Below are positions 29,929-37,977 of a stretch of 47,533 bases of DNA, one piece after another. The stretch spans positions 1 to 47,533 of IMG/VR virus record IMGVR_UViG_3300020235_000016. One strand, given 5' to 3'. A model generated the notes under the pieces. That model saw only the letters and a list, made by a program, of their open reading frames with translations, had not been told where the DNA came from and searched no databases. The position numbers were made by a program, and so were the translations under genes. Each line of letters starts with the position of its first letter. Within the stretch, counting starts at the first letter, position 1. Source of the DNA: a virus (Duplodnaviria; Caudoviricetes).

Positions 29929-32670
29929 TCAGTCCTCGGTGTAGTAGACCTTGATGAGCACCGATTGAACGCCGCCAGAGACGGTGCCCAGCTCGACGAA
30001 CATGACCCGGTCGGCGGGGACGGACGCGTTCGAGATGGTGGTCTCCGAGGTGACGGAGGTGAGCGGCGTGATCTGGTCGATCAGGGTGCCGCCCGCAGCG
30101 ATGACCGAGGTGTGCTGCCGCACGTTGACGACCACGCTTGTGCCGTCGTCGCAGATGCCCTGGATCTCGGTGACGGTGATCGCCTTGTTGGTGATGTCGA
30201 ACCCGAAGAGGTCGCCAGAGACCGGGTCCTCGAGCACGAAGCGGACCTCTTCCTCTTTGGCGTACCACTCGGGGAGCGTGCCCGCGCCGTTGGTGCGGAA
30301 GTGCTGGTGCGCCGAGCCGATCGCCAACTTGCCCAGCTGGTTGGCCGTCGTGGCGTGCAGCAGGTCGCCCTGCGCATAGGTCGTCTGGTCGGTGCCGCCG
30401 CGCGTCTCTCCCAGGGTGCCGGTGGTGGCGGAGATGGCGATCGTGCCGCCGCCCCCGGAGTCAGAGTGGTCGTGCTGCGAACTCGCGAAGTCGGCGATGA
30501 TGGGAGCGCCAATCGTGGGCTGGTTGGCGAGGACAACCCCGCCCCCGATGCCCGTCGTCCCATTGGACAGGTTCGCCGCCGACGCGTGACTGAGCACCGT
30601 CCCGTTGTAGGCGACGGCGCGCACGGCCGTGCCCGAGTTGGAGAGCGTCAGGTAGGCGGCTGTTCCCGCGCCGGTGCCCACGGCGAGCTGGTGGTCAACG
30701 ATGCCGAAGATGCCATCACCGGCCAGGTCGTTGACCTCAGAGCTTGCGGGCAGGGCGGACACCAGGTACTTGCGCAGGAGGCCGCCGGCTGTCCAACCCA
30801 GGATGAAGTCCGCGCCAACCGGCGATATGGTTGAAACGTCCAGCTCGTCGGCGATCTGCGGCGCGGCGGCCCCGCCACTGATGTTCAGGAGGATGGAGTT
30901 CCCTTTGAAGTCCGCGAGCCCCGCCGTTGCCACGATCTCCCCACCGCCAACGGCATTGGCGTGGGAGTGCTGCGCAGTCGTAAACGAAACGATGACTGGG
31001 GTGACGATCGTGGGGCTCGTCGTGCGCACGGGGGCGCCCGAGCCGGTTGACCCGACGTACGCTACGGAGCCCGCGCCGTCGCCAACGATCATCTCGTCGA
31101 GAGCGATGCCAGCCACGCCGTCGTTCACGAGATCGTTGACCTCGCTGCCAGCCGGCAGGGCGGACACCAGGTACTTGCGCAAAAGGCCGGTAGCGGTCCA
31201 GCCCAGGATGAAGTCCCCGCCAACCGGCGATGCGGTCGCGATGTCCAACTCGTCGGCGATCTGCGGCAGGGCCGACCCGGCACCGTCGTTGAGGAGGATC
31301 GAATTGCCCTTGAACGCGACCAGCCCCGTGGTCGCCACGATCTGCCCGCCGCCCGCAGCGCCAGAGTGGTCGTGCGTCGCGGTCGCGAAGCTCGCGATGA
31401 TCGGCGTTACGATCGTGGGCGAGGTGTCCATCACCACCACCGTCCCCGTCCCCGTCCTGGCCGTGACGTCCGACAGGCCAGCCAGGTCGGTCTGCACGAA
31501 GTCCGCGCCGTCGAACTCGAGCGCCAACCCCGTCGGCACCGTGCGGTAGGAGACCGCGCCCGGACCGGTTCCGACCGGCAGCTGGTCGTCCGCGATGCCA
31601 ACGCAGCCGTCTGCCTGCAGCGCGTTGACCTCGCCGCCCGCGGGCAGGCTCGTCACCGTGTACTTGCGCAGGAGCCCTGCGGCTGTCCAGCCCAGGAGGA
31701 AGTCGGCGCCCGCGGGGGCCACCGTGGCGATGTCCGTCTCGTCCAGATCGTCCCCTGAGCCCGAGCCCAGCGCGTTCCGGCCAAACAGGCAGTTCTCCTT
31801 GACGGCCTGGAAGATCGTGAAGTTGACCGCGGTGGCCCCCAGGGTGCCGCCGCCCGCGCCTGTCGTGTGGTCGTGCAGGGCGCTGATGAACGAGCCGATG
31901 ATCGGGTCGGTCAACGTCTTGCTGACGAGCGTTTGCACGCCGCCTGTGCCCACGACCACCCCGGTGACGCCGTGCGCGGCCGTTGCGCCGATGTGGGTGT
32001 CGATTGCGGCGTGGCTGTTCGACCCGATGTTCAGGATCGCCGTGTGGTCGATCGCGCCCACGAGGAAGTGCTCGGCCACCAGGGAGTTGAGGAGCAGGTC
32101 GTGGTCGATCGCGGCCTCGTGCTGGGTGACGCTGCCCTCCGAGATGCGCGAGTTGGCGAAGGAGCCGGCGTTGACCGCCGCTGCGTTCAGGCTCCCACCG
32201 GCTGCCGCCCCCTGATGGGTATGGGTGGCATTGAGGAACGAGCCGATGATCGGGAGCGTCAGCGTCTTGGCGCTCAGCGTCTGCGTGGCCGTGAGGCCCA
32301 CGAGCTGCTCGATGATGGTGGCGGGGTCGTAGACCGCGGCGGTCATGTCGCCCGAGCCCGCCGGTGTCGCGAACTCGAGCGCGCTCTCGCCGACGTTGAC
32401 GCGCACGAACTGCAGCCCGCTGCCACCGTAGCTGCCCGGCGTGTCGGTCAGCGCCGTGAACAGGGTGGCCCCTCCAGCGCCGCCGGCTTCCATGGCGAAC
32501 GTGCCGTCGGCCTGGCGCGTGACGACGTGCCCGACCGTGATCACCGAGTCGTCGAAGTCCTGGTGCTGCCCGAGGCGGTGATCGGGGATCTCGTCGATCT
32601 CGAGGGCGGGCGCGGTGGCAAGGTCGATCGCCACCTGGGCCGGTGTCGAAAAGGTGATGTCGAGCGGCAT
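29929..32670 (-). CDS. Tail fibre-like protein with internal repeats (913 aa)
   Basis: FTALTDTPGSY motif, five HxH-containing repeats, RGGTDQTTYAQGDLL fibre motif; Gly/Ala/Thr-rich. Confidence 0.75.
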   Translation of the reverse strand: MPLDITFSTPAQVAIDLATAPALEIDEIPDHRLGQHQDFDDSVITVGHVVTRQADGTFAMEAGGAGGATLFTALTDTPGSYGGSGLQFVRVNVGESALEFATPAGSGDMTAAVYDPATIIEQLVGLTATQTLSAKTLTLPIIGSFLNATHTHQGAAAGGSLNAAAVNAGSFANSRISEGSVTQHEAAIDHDLLLNSLVAEHFLVGAIDHTAILNIGSNSHAAIDTHIGATAAHGVTGVVVGTGGVQTLVSKTLTDPIIGSFISALHDHTTGAGGGTLGATAVNFTIFQAVKENCLFGRNALGSGSGDDLDETDIATVAPAGADFLLGWTAAGLLRKYTVTSLPAGGEVNALQADGCVGIADDQLPVGTGPGAVSYRTVPTGLALEFDGADFVQTDLAGLSDVTARTGTGTVVVMDTSPTIVTPIIASFATATHDHSGAAGGGQIVATTGLVAFKGNSILLNDGAGSALPQIADELDIATASPVGGDFILGWTATGLLRKYLVSALPAGSEVNDLVNDGVAGIALDEMIVGDGAGSVAYVGSTGSGAPVRTTSPTIVTPVIVSFTTAQHSHANAVGGGEIVATAGLADFKGNSILLNISGGAAAPQIADELDVSTISPVGADFILGWTAGGLLRKYLVSALPASSEVNDLAGDGIFGIVDHQLAVGTGAGTAAYLTLSNSGTAVRAVAYNGTVLSHASAANLSNGTTGIGGGVVLANQPTIGAPIIADFASSQHDHSDSGGGGTIAISATTGTLGETRGGTDQTTYAQGDLLHATTANQLGKLAIGSAHQHFRTNGAGTLPEWYAKEEEVRFVLEDPVSGDLFGFDITNKAITVTEIQGICDDGTSVVVNVRQHTSVIAAGGTLIDQITPLTSVTSETTISNASVPADRVMFVELGTVSGGVQSVLIKVYYTED
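30445..32255 (-). repeat. Intragenic repeats of the fibre gene
   Basis: Five PII.SF....HxH....GG units and three GADFILGWTA.GLLRKY.V..LPA..EVN.L units (TACTTGCGCA at 30767, 31172 and 31661). Confidence 0.85.
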
Positions 32671-32671
32671 C

Positions 32672-33034
32672 TCAGGGCTCCGTCACGCCCTTGACGAGGG
32701 TCCAGTCCCCCTGCGCAATCAGGTGCCGCTTGCCGGCGGCATCGTCAGCATGAATGTCCGTCACGCCCCGGTGCACGGCTCCGTCCTGAATGAGCGTCGT
32801 GTCGGTCGCAGAGATGTCGACGTCGAGCAGCCCGTTCGATGGGTCAGCCGTGATGACGTCGGGGACGACGACCACCGTGGAGATGGCTACCCCGTCCTCG
32901 TCGTCCGTGGCCTTCAGCTGGCACAGGAACCCGGTCCAGCCCGTGAAGTCCTTCGCAACCCCGCCTTCCGTCACGACCAGATCCAGGTGGAAGCTGACCT
33001 TGCCGCGAATCGAAAGCGCGATGTAGTTGCCCAT
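32672..33034 (-). CDS. BppU-N-like small virion protein (120 aa)
   Basis: KDFTGWT...QLK, ITADPSNGLLDVDISATDT and QGDWTLVKGVT pattern seen in fibre-attachment Ig-like domains. Confidence 0.55.
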   Translation of the reverse strand: MGNYIALSIRGKVSFHLDLVVTEGGVAKDFTGWTGFLCQLKATDDEDGVAISTVVVVPDVITADPSNGLLDVDISATDTTLIQDGAVHRGVTDIHADDAAGKRHLIAQGDWTLVKGVTEP

Positions 33035-33037
33035 GGC

Positions 33038-33733
33038 TCACCCGTAGTAGCGAATCACGTGAACGATCTGAGTGCCCGCGCCCTCCGAGAAGAGGTAGAC
33101 CTTGGAGTCCCGCCCCACCCCTAGCGTGATGTACCCCTGTTCGAGGGAGAGCGGGATGCCGGCCGAGTCGTTGAGCCCGTCGGGGCTGATCCTGAGCGGG
33201 ACCGTGTTGGCCTCGTCGTGCGCGATGGTGACCTGGTAGCAATCCTCGGGAACGGCAACGCCCTTGGCGTCGACGCCGCCCGAGAACGCGGCGATCGTGC
33301 CGAGGTTGTGGTTCTCGGAGACGAAGATCGCGTTGCCGGCCACGCCGGGGAACCTGGCGGTGAAGTCGACGTCGTCGTCGCCGCCCGATGGGGCCGCGCT
33401 GACCTCGGGGTGCGCGGCGGGGGTGTTCCTCCCGTACAGGGTGCCCTTGCCGGCGGCGAAGTTGATGGCCGCGACCAGGTTGTCGCCGGTGATCTCGGAC
33501 GTGGCTCCGATCTTGACGTCGTGCGCCCCCCCGGTCAGCGCGTTCTGGTAGATGTACGTGATCTGGCCGAGGGTGATCGAGTCGCGGTTCTGCGGCTGCC
33601 CGGTCTGAACGAGGATCGTGGTCGCGAACACGTTCAGAAGCTGGGCGACCGCGGTGATCTCCTCGGTGTCGGTGCGCGGGCCCCAGGGCAAAGGGCCTTG
33701 ATTGAGCAGGGCTGTGTTGAGGTCGAGCGGCAT
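33038..33733 (-). CDS. Virion protein with inserted domain (231 aa)
   Basis: VKIGAT...GDNLVAAIN...FTARFPGVAGNAI...FSGG module seen in phage structural proteins; termini resemble the adjacent 102-aa protein. Confidence 0.65.
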   Translation of the reverse strand: MPLDLNTALLNQGPLPWGPRTDTEEITAVAQLLNVFATTILVQTGQPQNRDSITLGQITYIYQNALTGGAHDVKIGATSEITGDNLVAAINFAAGKGTLYGRNTPAAHPEVSAAPSGGDDDVDFTARFPGVAGNAIFVSENHNLGTIAAFSGGVDAKGVAVPEDCYQVTIAHDEANTVPLRISPDGLNDSAGIPLSLEQGYITLGVGRDSKVYLFSEGAGTQIVHVIRYYG

Positions 33734-33735
33734 GG

Positions 33736-34044
33736 TCAGTCCTCGTAGAAGCGGAGCACGTTCACGTTCGTGGGTCCGGCCACGTCAGAGTGCAGCCAGA
33801 TGGCGGGTTTGCCCCCGATGGGGATGGGGATCGAGTTGGGGAGTCGCGCGGGCTCCGAGCTGAGCGCGCGCCTGAGAAGGTAGCCCGAGCTAGTGTCCGT
33901 CTCGGACGGCGTGACGGCGATGTCCGCCCCGTCGTCCGTGACGACCACAAGGATCGACCTGGCACCTGCGAGGTCGATGAGCTGGGGCACACCGGACACG
34001 ACCGCGTAGGAGACGTTGTCGGTCTTCTCTCCCCACCGCTCCAC
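33736..34044 (-). CDS. Small beta-rich putative virion protein (102 aa)
   Basis: GTG start; apparent paralogue of 33038-33733. Confidence 0.65.
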   Translation of the reverse strand: MERWGEKTDNVSYAVVSGVPQLIDLAGARSILVVVTDDGADIAVTPSETDTSSGYLLRRALSSEPARLPNSIPIPIGGKPAIWLHSDVAGPTNVNVLRFYED

Positions 34045-34047
34045 GGC

Positions 34048-34419
34048 CTAGTAGTGCGACCCGCCCGAGGAGTTGTGCTCACGCATCTTCGAGTCCTTCA
34101 TGGTGTTCTTCAGGCCGCTCTCGGAATGGCGCACCGCGGTGTCCCGCGTGGGGTATGAATGAGACCCATAGGCTGCGCCAACGCCCATGGGTCCCGCGCC
34201 CGGCTTCGTGTTGTGCGAACCGTTGCCGGCCGTCGCGCCGCCGCTCGCGCCGTGTCGTGGACGCGCCCAGCTGGGGCCTGAGCCCATGGTGGCCTTGGAG
34301 CTGGACCGTTCGCGGTCGGCTCCGGTGTAGCCGGGCTTCTTGTAGCCCGAGTTCGGTGTGCCGACGCCGGGGAGCTTGTTCCCGCCGCTGGTCGTGTAGT
34401 CGTAGGGTTTCGCTTGCAT
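34048..34419 (-). CDS. Gly/Ser-rich basic disordered protein, first gene of the leftward operon (123 aa)
   Basis: GGAGG RBS before ATG 34419 (MQAKPYDY...). Confidence 0.65.
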   Translation of the reverse strand: MQAKPYDYTTSGGNKLPGVGTPNSGYKKPGYTGADRERSSSKATMGSGPSWARPRHGASGGATAGNGSHNTKPGAGPMGVGAAYGSHSYPTRDTAVRHSESGLKNTMKDSKMREHNSSGGSHY

Positions 34420-34527
34420 GCTGCCCTCCGGGGCTTGGTGAGATCTCGCTTGGACGCTACGCTCGAACGTGGCATGGCCGCAAGGCACTGCTGGGAACCT
34501 CCAATCCCCGAGGCCCTGAGATCTCGT

Positions 34528-34556
34528 TTGCGCGAGGCTCGGGGCCTCTTTATGAT
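34528..34556 (+). promoter_or_regulatory. Sigma70-type promoter of the rightward operon
   Basis: TTGCGC-N17-TATGAT, followed by palindrome TGCCAGCTGGCA (34556-34567), GGAGG RBS and ATG 34598. Confidence 0.6.
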
Positions 34557-34597
34557 GCCAGCTGGCAAACCCATTTCCCCGGAGCGGAGGCTCTCAG

Positions 34598-34909
34598 ATG
34601 ACGGAACAAACAGAAGCGGCAGACGCCGCGGCCGTGGCCGTGCGCACGACGGTGGCACAGCTCGACCAGGCGGTCCTAGCCTGCCAAGAAGAGGGCCTGA
34701 CCTACGTCTCGGTGGGCGGCGAATACCGCCTGGCCAAACAGAACGAGGTCGGGCTGATCTACATCTCGCCGGCGATGAAGCTGCGCGAGCTCGTGATCTA
34801 CGCGTCGGGCCGCTCGTCGGCTCCGCGCCCAAAGTCGAAGGCGGCCGCGCCGACGACGGCCGTACCTCCTTCATCGCCTGTGGACCAAGACGAGGAGGCA
34901 CCCGCGTGA
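34598..34909 (+). CDS. Hypothetical protein (103 aa)
   Basis: GGAGG RBS; first gene after the promoter. Confidence 0.7.
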   Translation: MTEQTEAADAAAVAVRTTVAQLDQAVLACQEEGLTYVSVGGEYRLAKQNEVGLIYISPAMKLRELVIYASGRSSAPRPKSKAAAPTTAVPPSSPVDQDEEAPA

Positions 34910-35181
34910 GCGACGAGTCCGCCGAGACGCAGATGAGTTCCGCGAGGGTCCGTCTCCGCGAGCGCGTGGACAACGACTTCGTCTACCACGCGCCGACCGA
35001 GGGCATGCCCGAGATCTACGCCGTAATCAGAGAGCATGGTCGCGTACTGGCGCGCGCCCTGATCAACACGGTCCCGGTCAGCCGGGAGCTATCGACAGCC
35101 CTGACGCGCCTCGACGAGGTCATCTTCTGGGCCAACGCCGCGCTCGCCCGCAACCCAAAGCCGAAGGAGGAGACGGAATGA
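34906..35181 (+). CDS. Acb2/Tad1-hairpin-like anti-defence (nucleotide sponge) candidate (91 aa)
   Basis: GAGGAGG RBS and GTGA overlap; NDFVYHAP...Y..IR...LA...SRELSTALTRLDEVIFWANAALARN matches the SRE..xALT..EE...W.N hairpin of Tad1-like proteins. Confidence 0.7.
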   Translation: MSDESAETQMSSARVRLRERVDNDFVYHAPTEGMPEIYAVIREHGRVLARALINTVPVSRELSTALTRLDEVIFWANAALARNPKPKEETE

Positions 35182-35609
35182 TCCCGTTCTCAACGCAACG
35201 ATTCGCAGAGGAGTGGACGGCGAAGATCACGTCCGCGCTCAACCGCACCGACGTCAAGGCGGAGATCACGCCGGCCGCGAAGAAGTGGTCCATGCTCAGC
35301 ATCATCGCCAACCTCGAGGCCAGCGTGGCAGTGCTCGTCAAGGTGGAGAGGGACGCGGCGATAGCGGAGGCCAAGAAGCGGAGGAAAGAGAAGGAGCCGG
35401 TCAAGCTGCCCGAGGTCACGCTGACCGAGGGCGACCTGCCCCCGGTGCTGCCTGGCTCGGTGAGCCCGGTGGACCCGGAGGTCGCGGGTCTTCCGCCCCT
35501 GGCCGGCGGATACGCCACCTTCCCCGAAGCGGCACCACCCCCCGCCGCTCCGAGGCAGTCCGCTCCGACGAGCGAACCTGACGCTGCTCCCGGCGGTGCG
35601 GCGCAGTGA
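35178..35609 (+). CDS. Hypothetical protein with Pro-rich tail (143 aa)
   Basis: AGGAGG RBS, ATGA overlap. Confidence 0.7.
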   Translation: MIPFSTQRFAEEWTAKITSALNRTDVKAEITPAAKKWSMLSIIANLEASVAVLVKVERDAAIAEAKKRRKEKEPVKLPEVTLTEGDLPPVLPGSVSPVDPEVAGLPPLAGGYATFPEAAPPPAAPRQSAPTSEPDAAPGGAAQ

Positions 35610-35878
35610 ACCTCTCGCGTAGGGGACTGCTGCAGGGCCTGGCATCGCTTGCGTTGCTGGGCCCTCTTTCCCTGCGCAGATCGCTGGCCGTCGAGGTTGC
35701 GCCGATGGCCCTCGAAGGCGGCTTCTACAGCCACATCCTGCAGGACCTGTTCCTGCCCGTAATCCGAGACACGTTCGTCAAGCCCAACGTGCTCTTCGAG
35801 CGCCTGGGCGAGGTCCACCAGGAGATCCTTGGCGAGAACCTCGTCTACCCCGTCCATGGCCCGAGGCAAGCCTCATAA
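35606..35878 (+). CDS. Tat-signal peptide fused to a copy of the MCP N-terminal segment (90 aa)
   Basis: SRRGLL plus hydrophobic stretch plus RRSLA|V; residues 40-84 align ungapped to MCP residues 18-62 with 22/45 identities; GTGA coupling. Confidence 0.8.
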   Translation: MNLSRRGLLQGLASLALLGPLSLRRSLAVEVAPMALEGGFYSHILQDLFLPVIRDTFVKPNVLFERLGEVHQEILGENLVYPVHGPRQAS

Positions 35879-36113
35879 CACCAAGGGATGCCTGAACCCG
35901 GCGTGTCTTCGCCGCGTGTGGGGTTACACGTCGTCGTTCTGCTGCCGCGCGTGCTCGCGTTTCTTTAGAGCGATCAAGACCGGCAAGAGCCAGTCGGACT
36001 TGCCCGAAATCGTGCACACGGAGCTGTGCGACTCGCGCAACATCCCGAAGACGGTGACGCCCGAGGAGTTGCGCGCGATGTTGAAGGATACCCCCAAACG
36101 GAAACCCCGATGA
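35856..36113 (+). CDS. Cys-rich putative Zn-binding protein (85 aa)
   Basis: CLNPAC...FCCRAC...H..LC; start reassigned to ATG 35856. Confidence 0.6.
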   Translation: MARGKPHNTKGCLNPACLRRVWGYTSSFCCRACSRFFRAIKTGKSQSDLPEIVHTELCDSRNIPKTVTPEELRAMLKDTPKRKPR

Positions 36114-36496
36114 GTATCTTCCGCCTCCGCCACCGCATGCAGGACGTCCCGCAGACGCACGGGCTGTGGCGCTCCCAGTGGATCAACCTCACCTGGCTCA
36201 TCTTCTACGGCCCGCGCCTGCTCCTCTGGCGCCAGCTGTTCGCGATCGGCTTCCTCGACGCCGACGTCAACGCCGAGCTGAAGTTCCGCAGGTGGCCCGG
36301 CTACCTGCAGTGGCCTTCCGTCACCTGGCGCAACCGGCGCGCGCGCGGCACGAGCATCGGCGCGTTCAGACCATGGGACTTCTACCTGCTCTACGGGCTC
36401 GGCGGGCCCTTCAAGCGCCGCCTCATCGCGCGCGCCAAGAAGTCCGTCGGTCGCACCTACTGCGACCCCGAAAACAACGGAGACGACCGGCGATGA
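36110..36496 (+). CDS. Trp/Arg-rich hypothetical protein (128 aa)
   Basis: ATGA overlaps at both ends. Confidence 0.6.
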   Translation: MSIFRLRHRMQDVPQTHGLWRSQWINLTWLIFYGPRLLLWRQLFAIGFLDADVNAELKFRRWPGYLQWPSVTWRNRRARGTSIGAFRPWDFYLLYGLGGPFKRRLIARAKKSVGRTYCDPENNGDDRR

Positions 36497-36837
36497 ACCC
36501 AATCGAAAAGCCGATCCCCAACCTGGGCGAGATCATCGCGCGGCGCTACGACCACACGGCGACGGGCAAGCGTCCGCTCGAGATCTCAGTCATCGGCCGC
36601 AAGGTTCACCCGAAGACGGCGGCCGGGATCGCAATGGCGCTGATCGAGATGCGCCAGGCGGTGCAGCGCCACAGGCTGCGCTGCCGGCGCCTGGTGATGA
36701 TCATGCGGCGCGATCGGGTGCGGCGGCGGCTGATCTACCTGATCGGTCGTCTCGCGGCATTCAATCACCTGCAGACGCTGATGAAGCCCGTGGACACCGA
36801 GCCTGCCTGCCCCTCACACCTTTGGTTCCTTCCATGA
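36493..36837 (+). CDS. Arg-rich hypothetical protein (114 aa)
   Basis: GGAG RBS; ATGA overlaps. Confidence 0.6.
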   Translation: MNPIEKPIPNLGEIIARRYDHTATGKRPLEISVIGRKVHPKTAAGIAMALIEMRQAVQRHRLRCRRLVMIMRRDRVRRRLIYLIGRLAAFNHLQTLMKPVDTEPACPSHLWFLP

Positions 36838-37079
36838 AACGCCACACCTTCGGCCTCTTCGACGCGAGCCTGATCGCGGGCTCCCTGATCCTCCTGCTTG
36901 TGCTCTCCGCTATTCACCAGGGTCGCATTGAGCGGCTGGAGACTGACCTGGAGATCCTGCGGGGTGGCAGCGGAGTCGGCGATGCGGCCCTGATCCAGCG
37001 CGTCAACATCCTGGAGAACGCGTTCGACCTGAGACTGGACTACCTGGAGGCGGGCGAGGTTCGCCCGAGCGCCCGATGA
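36834..37079 (+). CDS. Single-TM coiled-coil protein (81 aa)
   Basis: LIAGSLILLLVLSAI followed by RIERLETDL; ATGA overlaps. Confidence 0.65.
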   Translation: MKRHTFGLFDASLIAGSLILLLVLSAIHQGRIERLETDLEILRGGSGVGDAALIQRVNILENAFDLRLDYLEAGEVRPSAR

Positions 37080-37336
37080 GCATCGTCGTCCACGAGCCGA
37101 TCTGGAAGCTGCAGATTCACCTGCCCGGCGGAACCCTGGCGATCGTCCACGGGACCGAGGAGGAGCTGCGCCCGTGCTTCGAGGAGTGGGCCGCCGGCGG
37201 CGGCATCGGGATGCTGGCCATGGCGAGGCCGCGGCAAGTCGTCAAGGGCTGCACGGACTCCCCTGACCGCGCGCCGCTCGAGGTGGCCTTCACGGCGACG
37301 GAGGTGATCTCGATGTCCCTGCTCCTGGCCTATTGA
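37076..37336 (+). CDS. Hypothetical protein (86 aa)
   Basis: GAGG RBS, ATGA overlap. Confidence 0.65.
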   Translation: MSIVVHEPIWKLQIHLPGGTLAIVHGTEEELRPCFEEWAAGGGIGMLAMARPRQVVKGCTDSPDRAPLEVAFTATEVISMSLLLAY

Positions 37337-37343
37337 GGTTCCG

Positions 37344-37547
37344 ATGGCCGAACAGTTCCCTAACCCATTCCGGCGGCTCCTGAGCCTCGGCTTCCAGGAG
37401 GGCGTCGACGAGCGGCGTGAGCGTCTGTCGCGCCTGGACCGGCAGGCGACGTCCGAGCAGGCCGCGGCGGAGCTCCGGGTCCAGAAGGCCACGGACAAGA
37501 TCGAAGCTGCGCACCGGCGCTGGAAGGCACGCAATGAGCAAAGATGA
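37344..37547 (+). CDS. Hypothetical coiled-coil protein (67 aa)
   Basis: GAGGT RBS. Confidence 0.6.
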   Translation: MAEQFPNPFRRLLSLGFQEGVDERRERLSRLDRQATSEQAAAELRVQKATDKIEAAHRRWKARNEQR

Positions 37548-37848
37548 GTGGGAACTGATCGATCTCCTATTCCGGGCCCTGGACATGATGGCCGATCACG
37601 TGCTCCGGGAGGAGCACATCTCCAAGAGGCTGCGCAAGGAGGCCGAGGACGCCAAGCGCATGGTCTCCCACGTCTCGGCCCTCGCCAAGCTGAGCCAGGA
37701 CATCGAGGCCGGATCCCTCACTGAGGAGCAGTTCGCGGAGTTCACGCGCGCTTGCCCGCGCCCAGGCGCCGGCCCGGTGGAGGAAGACCTGCACGGGAAG
37801 CTCCACGAGGACGATGACCCGCCAGATCGGCAGTCGACCATGCGCTAA
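37534..37848 (+). CDS. Hypothetical protein (104 aa)
   Basis: Start reassigned to ATG 37534 (MSKDEWEL); GC3-rich codons. Confidence 0.65.
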   Translation: MSKDEWELIDLLFRALDMMADHVLREEHISKRLRKEAEDAKRMVSHVSALAKLSQDIEAGSLTEEQFAEFTRACPRPGAGPVEEDLHGKLHEDDDPPDRQSTMR

Positions 37849-37977
37849 CGGCAGTGTGGCATGCCAAATCGTCATGGAAATAGGTCTTTGTATCGTGCAT
37901 TCCCCAGCGCACCCTGAGGAAGGCGGCGGCGACCGATACTGGACAGATCGCCAACGCCAACTCCTGGAGCCCGAAGC

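Noticed and set aside
30445-32255. Fibre repeats as a diversity-generating retroelement TR/VR pair
   Set aside because: Repeats are in-frame protein modules without an evident adenine-specific mismatch pattern; no reverse transcriptase in the window.
878-32694. Long + strand ORFs (e.g. 4373-5671, 12242-13762, 15212-17158, 19325-21154, 22650-24779)
   Set aside because: Antisense shadows of GC3-rich minus-strand genes; no motifs or RBS.
34414-34905. N-terminal 164 codons of the 255-aa track ORF
   Set aside because: Overlaps the promoter and a better gene; the real start is GTG 34906 with a GAGGAGG RBS.
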